Positions 12,802 through 51,300 of a stretch of 64,000 bases of DNA are shown here, one piece after another. The stretch lies in NCBI RefSeq assembly GCF_964355755.1, contig NC_092670.1, positions 5,942,201 to 6,006,200 of the forward strand, given 5' to 3'. Each line of letters opens with the position of its first letter. The stretch's first letter is position 1. The stretch is from Antedon mediterranea. Lineage: Eukaryota; Animalia; Echinodermata. Made by a program: the position numbers and the translations under genes. The notes beneath the pieces were generated by a model, which saw only the letters and a program-made list of their open reading frames with translations, had not been told where the DNA came from and ran no database searches.

Positions 12802-13346
12802 ATTATAGGCCTACAAACGCAAAACAACACTTTAATGAGAAATTAAATTGTCACGCCATGCTTTGATAAATATTTATAATTATGAAAACGCTAAGGTGCT
12901 GTGTATTGGCTCAATATTACAATTCTAAGTATATAATATGCTATTTGATATAACAGGAAAATAACATCAATGTTCAATAAACATTTAATAATGTGATTAT
13001 AATCAGACTTACTGATATACAGTAATAATATAAATTGTGTTTTACAATTGAAGAAGCGCGTTCACAAATTACGGGACTACTTCATTAGTTGAAATCGGTG
13101 TTCCAGTTCGACTTCCTGCCAAGCTTGACGCAATGAACAAATCTCCAAAGGACCCTAAAAAATATCAACCATGTATCACTTATGTACAACTGTGAACAGG
13201 TCTACTCACGTAGAATGTTAGTAGGACTAGTATATTAGAATGTAGTATATATTCGATGATTTAGTTATATTCATTTTTTTTAAATACTACTAAATGCACA
13301 TGTACATTTTCTTTAAATAAACATTTTCCTGGATTGCACAACACGT

Positions 13347-37243
<23,897 letters not shown>

Positions 37244-37285
37244 TTTGTATTTCATCATATGCAGTACCCACTGTCCAGGCAACTC

Positions 37286-37342
37286 ATACAAGTGAAGTAA
37301 ATTTGTCTGTGCTTATGTATATGTATAAACTACGCATGCGTA
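37286..37342 (-). promoter_or_regulatory. Conserved proximal element upstream of gene B, with palindrome ACGCATGCGT (NRF1/P3A2-like)
   Basis: catacaagtga and acgcatgcgta occur about 90-120 bp upstream of the ATG in both B (37286-37342) and C (60636-60656), although the surrounding flanks barely align. Confidence 0.4.
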
Positions 37343-37869
37343 AAACATTTTACCGATCGTAACACTTCAAAATGCCTCGTAATATGTGCGATAATATTCA
37401 ACATTGTATACATCAGCTAATTATTGTTATATAGATTTTAAAAATACCTGTAGTTTGTTGTTCATGTTGTGTGCATATTGCATAGCAAAGATTTTTAATA
37501 TATTAAAATGAAGTTTGGTACTATTATTATAAACTAGCAGGTACCCGTCCGGTGGAAAAAGATAGATAGTACAGTAATAATAGTAGGCCTACAATGCTGC
37601 AGCAGTATACACAAATATTCTTCTTCTTTATATTTCAGTGTCTATTTTGTTATAAAAGCAAGCAATTTTCACTACTAAACTTTCTTTCGAAATGAATTTG
37701 GTACAGATTACAGCACTTTTTGAATTTGTAACAACACGTACATGTTTCCTCTTTGGTATCAAACTTTAAGTAGACTTAAATGTGGTATGATGTTCTTTTG
37801 AAAATTCCTAATGCCAGTGAGATTAAAATCACTACTGACTCTGATCTACCAACACGACGGATTTGAAAC

Positions 37870-38560
37870 GCGTTTGATATCTTTTTTTTTTTTTATTGAT
37901 GAATCTTCATTACATTAAGTCATAATGTAAGTTTTAGTTGTTGACAATGACAATGACAACTTCTTTGTAAATGAAGTAGATAAATAAACGACAACATTAA
38001 CATTTATAATTACAAAATTGATTTAAACAAAGAAAAGGGGAAAATTCTTGAAGCAGATGCTTATAAAAGAAAAAAAACATTTAAATATCAAATTCATTAA
38101 TAAATGTAAATCAGCTCAAAATTATAATTTCAAAGAAGTTTTAAAACAAAATACTACATTAATACTAAGCAAACAATTTAATTTTAAATTTTGATTTATA
38201 AAAGAAGAATGGGTTTACGAATTATTTTTCTTAAATCGAATGCATAGGAATGGGTTTACTAATTACTTTATTATTTAATTTTCTAATAGATGTTTTTTTG
38301 TACAGTTTTCTAAATACATGAACATTTGTGGAATTTTTAAGTTCAACGGAGAGTTTATTCCTTATTAAAATTCCTTTATTTGATAAACACATTTGTTTTA
38401 ACGTAGTTTTCCTTAAATTGGTATAAAAATGTTCATGCTGTCTAGTATTATAGTTATGGATATCTTTATTTAGTTTAAGATACCGTTGGATTATAGGAGG
38501 AAGTTGTTGTTTATGGGCTTTGTACATTATTATGTTAGTTTAGTTTTTTAGATTGTAATG
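37870..38560 (-). mobile_element. CR1-group LINE 3' remnant
   Basis: ORF 38231-38527 (MYKAH..LP, HNYNTRQ, FRKLYKK) is typical of CR1-group ORF2 C-termini. The minus strand ends in aataaaaaaaaaaaa near 37885. Confidence 0.55.
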
Positions 38561-39874
38561 GTTCATCATACAGCAAAGGCTTTTTGAAATATCATGTAAA
38601 TTTGTAAATATGGAAATATACAGAGTGAAAACAGTCTCATACCGCGAAAGTAGTATTACAAGTGTTTGAACGACAGTGTGTTATTATGTTATTATGTTAT
38701 GTTATGTATTATGTTATTAATTAATGAATTAAATTATTATTAAATTTCAATATATTGTAATAATAAAATAAGTTTGTTTAAAAAACGGGGAAATCACAGT
38801 ATAGGTGCAATTATTATGATATTCAGTACCGTATGTATAGGCGTAGTTGCCTCCTGGGTAAATATTATCCAGAATAACTATAGCATCAGTACCGGAGTGA
38901 TACGTGATACCGCGGAGTAAAACAACAAATGGTTAAAAAATATTTAGTTAAGGCTAATAGTGTTTAATAACAACTGAAAGGTATGACATAGAAATTGTCT
39001 GGATGGAGATCCATTTTAAAACCTTCGACGTGTCAATTCTTTTATTAGTTATCAGTTAGCAAAGATGCAGCAGAATAAAAGGGGATGCCCCTTGGACAAA
39101 CAATAGGCCTAAGGTCATAATAATATTATACAATGGTTTGAAGTAAATAGACAAATGTCAGTAAATCAACAAAGCCAAGTCTTTGAAATGAGCCATAAAT
39201 ATTAATCGATACTGTACGCTAACATGCAACCCAAAATTGCAAGGGATGTCCCTATTATTTCTTAATGAGTCTGTGATTTATATATAACTTTTACAATACA
39301 ATTTTGTTTTGTTTCACAATCATATGCTTTCCGTCCTAATCTTATTCACATGAAATTGAATAGCCCTACAAAAGAAAACTATAATATATATTTTTATCTT
39401 TCTACTTACATATTTTTGTTGCAACGTGAACCTGTCCAGGGGCAAAAAATAGATGCACTTGCAATTCAATCGGACATTTGTATTCATTGCTGCATGTATC
39501 CGATGTATTTTGATCAATGATCTGAGCATGAAAGGTTAGCTTTCTCACGTTTACGACTTATATCGTTATAACCTTAGAATAGAAACCGGGCGGTGGTCTC
39601 GCACTCCACCCGATGAACGTCTTTGTAAATGCGGCAAAGTGCAGACCGAGCTTCGCGCATTATATGAATGCCCATTTACTGTACACATACGCCAAACTTG
39701 TAATATACATTGCCATAGCAGCCTTGTGTTTTTATTTTCTATTGAACCTTTATTACTTGTCAAAATTTGTTTTAAAAATTCTTAAAGTTAGTGATAATAA
39801 TATCTAAGTTTGTTATTGCTATTTTCATGCTTGTATCGCCTACTATTTGTGTGCCATGTTGGACACTGCTATCA

Positions 39875-40195
39875 TCTTTCCCATCACTCAACCCTAATGT
39901 TACATACAAAACACAAATTGGGTTTCTTTAAATGAGCCCAAATCAAAAATTTGGACTAATTTTGTGGCAAGTTTCTCTTTCGGAAGTAATTCCCAGGGTG
40001 CTAATTTTGGTTGACTACATAAATCATCGTGTCTATTTATTCGTTTATGTAAACGACAATGTATTAGCCTATAGTCATGCGGTACGTACATTTGAAATCG
40101 CCAGTTTTTTTACGCTGAATTTGTAACTGTGTATTCGAGAACCATCTGTGGGGACGACCTAGATGGTACAGGAGCGAAGCAAGCGTACCATCTAG
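39875..40195 (+). mobile_element. 3' part of the Helitron-like family of 33669-34923
   Basis: Matches about 34640-34923 and ends with the hairpin plus CTAG. The following ttacttaaat corresponds to the A|T empty site at 11170-11171 in the paralogous segment. Confidence 0.75.
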
Positions 40196-41260
40196 TTACT
40201 TAAATGTATGAATGTTCATAAAAGTAATGTCAGCACAGTATGTCTAATTCCATAGAAAGTAAAATTAACTCCAATGCTGTTTAAAATTATTTTATTTCCT
40301 TTTATAATCATGATTATAATTTGCAAAATATAAAAACAAAACTTAAATGAAAAAGTTGTGCTGTATTTTGGTCACAATTTCCGCCCTCATTTAGGTGAAT
40401 AACTATTACAAAGATTCTGTGTATTATATTGAATCAACTTTAATATTCTATGTATAATATAAAGAAACATAATAACATTTTACAACTTTTGACAGGCATT
40501 TTAAAAATGTACGCCACGAGTGTACTATTTTAATAATAAGTATCTGTAAAGTAGAAAATCATCTGGAATTCATTTAGTTCTTAACTGAATGATAGTGTTA
40601 GTTCAATTTCGAAACACGTTACAATATCTATTAATTAATAACAAACTTCATTGATAATAATCATAATTTGTAAATTAAAAAATAAAACTTAAATGAGAAA
40701 GTTATGCTGAAAGTTTTCGCCCTTGTTTAGACAAATAGTTATATCAAAAACAAATACAACGCTAAGGTTCTGTTTATTGGATCAACTTAGTATATAAAAC
40801 AAACATAACAATATTTAATAACTTTTGATAGGCCTATTCCATGTTGTAGAAAACATACACGGGTGTAAATTATTTTAATGATAATGAATAATAATAATTT
40901 AGTTAAATAGCAATTGTTAAAACTATTGTACTGCATTAGTTAGCTTGTATATTGTTTTACCTCCTAACTGATTGGATGAAATACTAGATAGTATTCAAAT
41001 AAGTTGTTTTTGTTTTGTTTTTTTGCAATGGTCCAAATGATTAAATAAATCCTCGAGTGCGCCGCGTATGACTCCTGTGCCAAACACAAATAAACTCGAA
41101 CTCTATCTGTCAGGTCAACATTGGCAGATGGGAACGACAGATACATTGAATATAGAATGTAGATGTAGATGTGTTTGATGTTTGATCCATGACATATTCT
41201 CAGCGAATAAAAGAAGGTCTACTATTCAGACAATGATAGTAATTGCGGCTTGATTATAAT

Positions 41261-41768
41261 AGAGAGGTTTCGCAATCTTACGAATACGATAACAAAAACG
41301 GATACGTCACGCACACGTATTCGTTTTCGTAAGTCATAAAAAAATCTGTTTCGCATGACAACGAAATATTGAGGCGCGTCCAAAATATGACTGCGGTAAA
41401 TTTGAGCGAAGCGCAGGTACGTGTTGCTTGGTGCTTGGCTGCCTAGGCTTAGCGTAACATCAAAGCGAGTGAGGACTTTAAAAACTGCTATTTATCAAAA
41501 TTGACTTGGCATTTTAGTAAATTACTTTAGTAAATTACTTTCAATAAATCTATAATTATATTATAATCATGAATCATTCCTGATTCAAATGCAAAATGTG
41601 CAAAATAGATCAAAACCTATAGTCGTTTTGTAGTTACGAATATGACTGGTGATATCCGTCAACACGAATACGGTTTACGAATATGAAATGGGGATCAGCT
41701 CAAAAGTTTCTCAAATGTGTGACGTATCCGTTTTCGTTATCGTATTCGTAAGGTTGCGAAACCTTTAT
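41261..41768. mobile_element. MITE, ISL2EU/Harbinger-like (duplicated with the segment)
   Basis: Same TIRs and same flanks as 12293-12801. The right TIR is slightly mutated. Confidence 0.85.
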
Positions 41769-42313
41769 ATTATTGGCCTACAAACGCAAAACAACACTTT
41801 AATGAGAAATTAAATTGTCACGCCATGCTTTGATAAATATTTATAATTATGAAAACGCTAAGGTGCTGTGTATTGGCTCAATATCACAATTATAAGTATA
41901 TAATATGCTATTTGATATAACAGGAAAATAACATCAATGTTCAATAAACATTTAATAATGTGATTATAATCAGACTTACTGATATACAGTAATAATATAA
42001 ATTGTGTTTTACAATTGAAGAAGCGCGTTCACAAATTACGGGACTACTTCATTAGTTGAAATCGGTGTTCCAGTTCGACTTCCTGCCAAGCTTGACGCAA
42101 TGAACAAATCTCCAAAGGACCCTAAAAAATATCAACCATGTATCACTTATGTACAACTGTGAACAGGTCTACTCACGTAGAATGTTAGTAGAACTAGTAT
42201 ATTAGAATGTAGTATATATTCGATGATTTAGTTATATTCATTTTTTTTAAATACTCTTAAATGCACATGTACATTTTCTTTAAATAAACATTTTCCTGGA
42301 TAGCACAACACGT

Positions 42314-45300
42314 TTAATTATAGGGCCTTGGAAAATTATAGTTAACAGAAAATCCTGTTAAAATGTATGTTATTTTGTATTTCTTTTTCCAGACTAGGCA
42401 CGTTTGTTTTTGTGAAGTTAGGCCACTCTTATTTTCGTACAGTACAGGTGGCCGAATCTTTTTTTCTGATCTATAAATATGATCATGGAGGATATAATAT
42501 GTTTTTATTTTTATTTATTAAAAGGAACACAGAAAATATTTTGATGTCTATAGGTATTCAAAATATCTAGATATATTACCTGTTGAAAGCGTTTTTGATT
42601 CATCATCATCAGAGGATACATTGGTAGGAGAAGGAGATGACGAAATGGAAACAGTATTTTTCGTATTTTGGAATTGGTCTGATCGATGGTGCCTTATGAA
42701 TGAGCAAAAGTAAAAAATTTAAAACAAAAGTCTTGTCAATATTTTACTACAGTTTTAATCAACCTACAATGACCGTCTATAAGATAATAATCTATGCAAG
42801 TTTGATCACTTATAAATAGTTATACATACCATTTATATACTCCTAAAACAACGAAAATAAAGATAACTGCGAAAGAGCAAACTCCAATAACTATGAATAC
42901 AGTGTAGGAGTGTTTGTCATCATCCGGAGTGCTTTCTTCATCCTTCTCAGAATAAAGAGAAACATCTGTGATTTCCATCTCAATAGCAGTTTCAATACTC
43001 CCTTTTTCTTGTTCAATCGATGATTTCACAACTTTAGACGGAATGTATTTTACAGTAATAAAATAAAAGTTGTAAAAAACAAATAAGAAATAGATATAAG
43101 CAAAACAAATAAGCAAAGAGCGACATTTGAAAAGCTTATGGGTTGGGATCTGAGTACATTCTGCTGATCTGAAAATATTTAATGAAAAAAATGTGTACAC
43201 ATTTCTAATAAGAAAAAAAGAAAACCAAAATACGTCCTGTATCCTGTCAGTCTGGCAGTCCCATAATCCCACGACCTAAACACCCCGCATCCAATTTAGA
43301 GGTTTGCAATCACATAATTCTTAGCTTACCATTGGAATCAACATTGTTGCTGGCAAAATGTGTGACCAGCTCTTGTTGATTAGTATCCCTTTTACGTCTA
43401 TCAATATTGCTCTGAGAACAAGTTTCAAAGTAGTCTTTGTATTGAACTGATAGAACAATGTTAATCTGGTTATCGCCGGTGTCTTCGATCAGTCTTACGT
43501 TATTTGATGTTGTAATATTTCCATTCAGCGCATCGTTTCTAGTAAAGCAATATCAATAATTATTTGTTTTATGATATAATATAAGTGTTTCTTGTCTTTT
43601 ATCGTATTTTACAGCTAAACTAAATATTTCAATCCTTGAAAATATATTTTATGATTGTCCTTGTACTATATAGGGCTACATTTAAATTAACAGATTTAAA
43701 GGATTGTTAATAACACAAGGCAGACTTTATGTAGTAGCAGTACATCATGTTGATATAAAGTTTGCGGTACACCACGTATATTCGTTCTGAAAAAAACTGT
43801 TGAGTTTCTCCACGTTTCGATCAATATGCAAACAATATAGCAGTTGATCACTTTTAATAAAGTCAAAGAATTTAGCTAAAACATTAGGCCAACATTTTGA
43901 AAGTTAGTTTATGGTGAGGAATTGGTGTTGAAGAGAGAGTATAACAATATTAATGTTTATCAATATACTTAATGTATGTAATATATATTTATTTGTATAT
44001 AATATTGTAACTCACTTGGTGACATCTGTCCATACACAGCAAAGAGCGGCATTTAAAAAGCAGTATGCGTTAACAGCCTTTGAAACGCTTGATCGAAATA
44101 TTTCTTTTGCACCAATCCACTATAAAGATTGTAACATTATTTTCAAAATTAGAAGACTCAATAATAGTTTGGTAACACATGCATTATTTATATATAAACA
44201 TATATATCAAATACTAATAATGTGTTCGTTATTATCCTATAATATAGACTACCTGTTGTATTACTTTATATTAATCGTTATCACAATCGCGTTGTTTACC
44301 TTTTTTCGTTGACCTTTTAGTACCAAGGAAACGGCGTCTTCATGGCTATCGACTGTAAGACAAGGAATGAACACGTTTTTGCTTTTATTTGATGTTAGAC
44401 TTACTTTAATCTTGATTTCAATTAAGATAAATATTATCGTATATTATAATATTATGTAAATGAGGTAAATCGCTAAATGCAACTCATCTCTACATGTTTT
44501 AGTCACTAGCTCTCTGAAGGTACTGTCTCACTTGTAAAGTTATACTTACTAGAAACAGTCGTTGTTTTAGCTTCTATTTCAGTCACTGAGTCTGTAACTT
44601 CTCTAGGCTTATTTGTATCTTGGTATTTCGAATTAATGTCTTCCTGTAGCACTGATATATAGTCAGTAAGTGTGCTTATTTCCTTTTTTGGAACTGTAGT
44701 ATGACCAGTTACTCCAAGTTTAATGTCACTGTTCGAAGACGCATGTTCAGTTGTAACTTTCTGGTAGTCTGTAGATGTTTGCAAGTTACTGGGTACACTA
44801 GTCTTTCGGCGCGTGCTTTCATGTGTAGTGTGGATGTTCACTTTCTCAGACACAGACATATATGAATCAATCTCAGACAATGTGGTCTTAAATGTAAATG
44901 CTGATTGATCTACGGTTGTGGTACTGTCAGGAGTGTTTGATTTTGGTAAAGATGATTCACTATATTTATATGTTGAACCTGATGAAGTGTTACCAGCATT
45001 GGCTGGATGTTCGGTATCAGTTGCAAGCACGTCTGTAATTCTGGTAGTAGATGTTGAATGTGTCACTTCTTCGGCCGTTGTTACTATAAAATAAAGTACG
45101 TTAGCTAAGTAAACATGAATAAAGAAACTGCTGCAAGTAGTAATTCAATTAGTTTAGTGGTATTAATAATAGAAAGCAAGATAATACGTACAAGAGAATT
45201 TCAAAGAAGCAAGTAAATGAAAAGTGTCATAATATCAAATGTAGTTATTGGTACAGATGTATTGTCCCTATGAATAAATAATTCTTAAAAGAATTGTTGT

Positions 45301-48300
45301 TGATTATGCCATTTTAATGTCATATAATAGTTATCCACTTTGAACAAAAATTTGATTAAAATATGTATTTAACTGGAAAAAAAACTATAATTTAAAGCAA
45401 AAAAATAGTAAATTGGTTGGATTTAACCATTTATTTTTTCATTTTATAAGTGAAAACTTTATTAAAACTACAAAATAGCCTATTCAAAATCTGCATTTAA
45501 TTAATCTGCATTTTTCATGTGAGAATACATCTTTTAAAAAATACCTTTGCTTTATGTGCTTGATAACTTTCCTGTTAAGAAGTAAATATGTTAAATTTTA
45601 ATTTTAAAAAATATATAGTAACTTAAATGTGCCGTCAAAAACCTATTATGTAGGCTGATTACTTACCAACCAAATGTTCTGGAATAGCACATTCATATAC
45701 ATCTGATCCATTTACAAAAGAACAAACTTCGCCATTTTCGCATTTACAAACATCAATGACAAAATTTACCGTCGAAGAAAATCTGCAATTGTCTTGCATA
45801 CTTATATTAAACACCGATTGATGATTAGGCGTTGAAGCTATAGGTATCCAATTGAAATCCCCAGCTTCAGATAGGGTCGCATTCTCTGCTCCAGACATGG
45901 TGCTATATATAACTGTACAACCTTCTGGATCCCATATATCAAATGTAAATCTGATTGGTTCTTGGTGGATTGCTGGGTATGGGTTAGACGTGTAAATGAT
46001 CGGCGCAGCATCATCTACGATATGTTTAAAAGATGTATGTATATCAGTAGTATGATAATGCAACATACGGGGACGTAAGATATAAAGGAAATGTAAAATT
46101 GATTTTCACAAACCTTTGCGAGTTGACCAATTTTCCACAGATTCGTCTGGTGAACATTGTTCACAACAATTCTCAGTGTTAACGTCAAGTGCAGAATAAC
46201 AATGACCATTGATAATGCAGGAGTTATTCTGAAATATAATAATTAAAGATGTATTGTCCCTTTGACTAATTCCAAAAAAATAAAAAATAATAGATTTCGA
46301 AAAAAGGTGGGTCATTTTGAAGTATCATAATAATTATTAACTATCACCAAAAATTTTTCGAAAAAAAAAAAATTTAACTGAAATACAGACGTTTTTTTGT
46401 TTAAAAAATTACTTTGACTTCCAGTCAAAGTTTTCAATCAAAACATATCCCATAATGAAACGCGCCTGTTTGGCTACTCTGTATGCATAATCATAAAACT
46501 TCCTCATGATCTGTGTGAAAATACCTTCTTAACCGTGACAAGTTGTAAACAATCCTAATTTAGCATATGCATAATGCGTACTCATGGTTTGAAATCTTTG
46601 TTTACTTTCGCTCGTGACGATTTTCCAGATGAAATGTAATCAAACTAATTTACCTGTTAATTACGTAAACTTGTTGTTTTTGGCTCAAATTTTCGACTTA
46701 AAGTGAATAACTTTAATATTAATTTGATATGGCCACTTTAAATTTAGAATATTTTGACCTTCATTTTTTTGTGTTTCAAGGGACAATACATCTTTAAGTT
46801 TTTGAGAATATTAAATCTGATTTAGGCCTATTTTTAATAAATATTGAAACATTGGTTTTTATCGTATTTCAATAAAACGTATTTTGAAAGCAAAGTTGGT
46901 GTAAAGTTTTATATTCTAAAATATCTTAGAAGTTAGTTATTTCGAGATACGTTGGGATTACATAATTACAAAACAATTCTTTCAATAAGACATCTTAATG
47001 ATATCTCTGTTTCTATTATTAGATTAATACATAGCTTTTCTAAATATAAAAAAACAATAAACCTTTAAGTGGCAGTCTCCTTCTGATGCGTTACATACTT
47101 GACAGACAGAATCGTATACAATCAGTATTGCCATTTCTTCACTTTTCAGTTCACCATCGTTACTAATTGATATCAGATAACCACTCGCTACAACACCTTC
47201 TCCTTGTGAATCTGGTTGCACTGCAGGTTCCGGCAATGGGCATTTTACTTCTTGATCAGTTCTGAAGATTCCTGATACTATGGAAGTTTCTTGAAGCAAC
47301 GTTACTCCAATGTCACTCACCTAAATTGTTGAAATTATATTTACGTTATAAACTTAAAATAATAGAATACATGATTTGTACTATATTTGGCCTAATTCAC
47401 TAATACGAATAAAAACGACCAATGCGTATTGCTTACTTTATAACTAAACAATACGAAACTTACATTAATGTTTTGGATGTGACAGGTAATATTTCCTCTT
47501 TCATCAAAATTGTCTCCATACACTTTAGCCGATCTACATGGTCTGCTACGAACATCACAAAGACCATCGCCAAGAACAGCAAATACTAAGGGTGGTTCAG
47601 CGAGTGAGATGGAGCAATCGCTTCCGCCAAAACCTTCGATACATTCACACGTCCCGTTTATACATTCTCCCTTATTGTTACAATCGTTCACACAGAGTTG
47701 TCCTAGCAATTCCACTGATGGCGCAAAAGTTCCATTTTCTGACACTTCCCAGTATTGTGGATTTGTTGTTAGTTCTAACTGACATTTATCTTGAAGATCT
47801 GTCACTGTTTCTTTAGCAATATATTCATCGTCTGTTACCTAATAAGAACACAAATCAAGGAAGAGTCTAAATAACAGTCGTCAGGGCACCTATTTAGTTT
47901 ACGCATCTTACGTAAATCCACAGAAAAGCATAGGTCTAAAGAAAAAGCACATCTTAATTTTGGCGTTCTAAATGCACGTTCACTGCGTAACAAGTGTGAT
48001 GAATTTGTGGACTTAGTTGTTAGCTATAATCTAGATGTAGTGGCGGTGTCTGAAACCTGGTTAAGACCAGACGATGATCTTGTGATTGGAGATTTAACTC
48101 CACTAGGATATCACTTTATGCATGTCCCTAGGGTGGACAAAACTGGGGGTGGTGTTGGAATTCTGTCTAAGTCAAGCTTAGTTGTTAACTTGAAAACGGA
48201 TGTACATACATATGCATCATTTGAGGCTATACATGTGCATATTACGTCTAACTCGAAATCTCTTCGTTTAGTTAACATATATCGACCACCAACCTTGTCT

Positions 48301-51300
48301 GTTACAGAGTTCCTAAATGATTTTGAAAAAATGTTGTTTGACTTTATTCTCTTTTCGTCTGAAATTGTTTTCTGCGGAGACTTTAATATCCATATGGATA
48401 ATAAAAAAAATGTGGCAGCGGATAGATTTAAAACACTGCTTAGATCGTTTGGTCTCCAGCAGCATATAAATGAACCCACACACTGTAGTGGGCACTGCCT
48501 CGACCTTATCATCACTAGAGATGATCTACTGGTCTCGGATGTAAAGATACACCCTGGCCTGTCAGATCATTTTGCCATATTTTGCAAGTTTGATCTTAAA
48601 CGGCCCACAACACACAAAACTGTAAGAAAAAGTCGCAACCTAAAACAAATTGATATTGAGAAATTCACAAATGACATTAAAGCCTGTGTGTCTAATATAA
48701 CCGATGTAAGTGTAATTCTTGAAGACAGTGTAGAAAGCTATTTTGATCTCAGAGCTGTACTTGATTTACATGCGCCAGTTCAGAACAAAACAATTAGGCA
48801 AAAAGAAGCTAAACCGTGGTATACCGATGAAATTCGATCTGAAAGGAAAGTACGTCGTCAACTTGAACGTAAATGGATGAAATCAAAGCTTCTTAAGGAT
48901 AGACAGGAATACTGTGTTCAAAGATGCGTTGTAAATGGACTGATTGAAAAGGCCAAGACGCGGTATTACTCTAGTCTGGTTAGTGACTGCACAGGTGATC
49001 AAAAGAAACTTTTCAATATAGTAAATAAACTTTTACATCACTCCAAGTCATTGGTCCTTCCTTCGTCTGTCTCCGATGAAGCTCTTGCTGAAAGATTTTC
49101 TGTGTTTTTTGTAAATAAAAAAATAAAATTAAATCAATTCGTGATTCACTAGAAAATGAAAATACTGCCGAAGTTATAACTGCTTCTGATAAATGTAATA
49201 TATCTTATGGTTTAACTAGGTCTATACGGTTTTCTCAGTTCGAACCTGCAAGTGATGAGGAAATTTTAAAAATTGTCAAAAATTCTCCCTCTAAATCGTG
49301 TGCACTTGACCCGGTACCAACTTCACTGATTAAGAAATGTACTTCTGCATTTATTCCATTAATCACACATATTGTTAATAAGTCTCTTGAAAGTGGTTCT
49401 TTCCCAGAGTCTCTAAAAGTCACCCATGTTCGACCCACATTGAAAAAAACAGGTCTAGATCCCGAGATTCTGAAAAACTACAGACCTATCTCGAATCTTA
49501 GTTTTTTAGGAAAAAATAATTGAGAAGGTTGTTTCTAAACGGATTTTGTCGCATGTACAAAAACATGGCCTACTTGATCCGTATCAATCTGCCTACAAAG
49601 CGCATCACAGTACTGAAACGGCATTACTTCGTGTAAATAATGACATCCTACGTGGGATGGATGATGGAAAGCTAACTGCTCTAGTATTATTAGATTTAAG
49701 TGCAGCATTTGATACGGTTGATCATTCTGTGTTGCTAAATAGACTCAGTACTTATATTGGTATTGAAGGAAATGCACTTGATTGGTGTCGGTCATATTTG
49801 GAAAAACGACCTCAACACGTATGTATTGGTGATGCTATTTCAAAAGCTTCTTTTCTAAACTTTTCGGTACCACAAGGATCTGTTCTTGGGCCGCAATGGT
49901 TTACTATTTATTTACACCCGATACGGGATATCATAAGTAAATATGATCTGTGCTATCATGTTTATGCTGATGATACTCAGATTTATATTTCTTTTAAACC
50001 TACTATGAAACACAGTGACATTTCTTTGGAATTGCTCCAACATTGTATCTATGAATTGCGTGTCTGGATGAAAAACAACTTTCTTAAATTAAATGATGAA
50101 AAAACAGAATTTGTTCTCTTTGGATCAAAACAGCAGTTGGAAAAACTGCCACCACGCTTTATTCACATTGGTGAAACCCAAATTGACCCGGCTAGGCAGG
50201 TTAGAAATCTTGGGGTTGAAATGGATGTGGGTATGACTATGATTTCTCATATCTCAAAAACTATTTCTGCGTCGTCTTTTCACTTGCGAAACATTCGAAG
50301 GATTCGCAAGTTTATAAATGAGACAGCAGCTAAACAACTTGTTCATGCTTTTGTCACTTCACGACTAGATATGGGAAGCTCTTTGCTATACGGGCTACCA
50401 CAAAAACAACTCCACAGGCTCCAACTGATTCAAAATACAGCGGCACAAGTTGTTAAAAAATTACCAAGATATGGACACATATCAAATACTTTGGAAATAT
50501 TGCATTGGCTCCCTGTTAGGTACCGCATTGTTTTTAAAATATTACTCTTTGTTTTTAAGTCTATAAATGGCATGGCTCCTGAGTATATTTCTGACATGCT
50601 TAGGCTGTATGTTCCCGGACGTAATCTGCGTTCTAGTGACTCGCTGCTTCTACATCAGCCTAAGTCTCACCACTCATGGGGTGACAGAGCATTCTCCGTT
50701 ACTGCTCCTCGTCTGTGGAATGCTCTACCGAGCTCTATAAGATTTTGCAAAACTGTTGATACTTTTTAAAAATTATTAAAACACATTTATTCAATAAGGC
50801 ATATGGAAATCATGAGGTTTCTTAAAGTTTTTTAGACTTAGAATTGTTTTGTATACCTTTTCCTGGCCAGCATTATCTTTGGAATGCCTCTGTCTTGGTT
50901 GTTGTCTCTGAACACCCGGTCGTCTGTGGCAAGGCAAATGTGTATCCTGCTCCTTTGTTTGGTCACCTAGGTAGGGGTCCGGGACCGCGACAGAACGACA
51001 ACGGATGGGGACCCTCCAAAAAAATTGCATTTTATTTGTCAGGAATTTGTATGATTTATTTCTTTTTTATTTTTAAATGCGCCTTGAGCACTCTGGAGTG
51101 GTATGTGCGCTTAAAAAATCTTATTATTATTATATTAATTCATGGCATGGATGGACCGCAATTTATGGATCATATAATAATCTGGTTATCGTTAGTAATT
51201 TTATTGTGTCACGACACCTAGTTAACACTGAGTTAGCATACGTCGTCTTATCATTATACCACATGGTTATAAGTAATTCACTATGAAATTGGGAGTGCCC

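Larger units (their letters stand above)
40196..47790. repeat. Segmental duplication copy 2 (3' half of gene C plus downstream spacer)
   Basis: Colinear high identity to about 11170-18600 across exons, introns and spacer. Confidence 0.9.

Noticed and set aside
50791-51286. ORFs 50791-51030, 50844-51221 and 51077-51286
   Set aside because: They lie in the LINE 3' UTR and flank, with no recognisable protein features.
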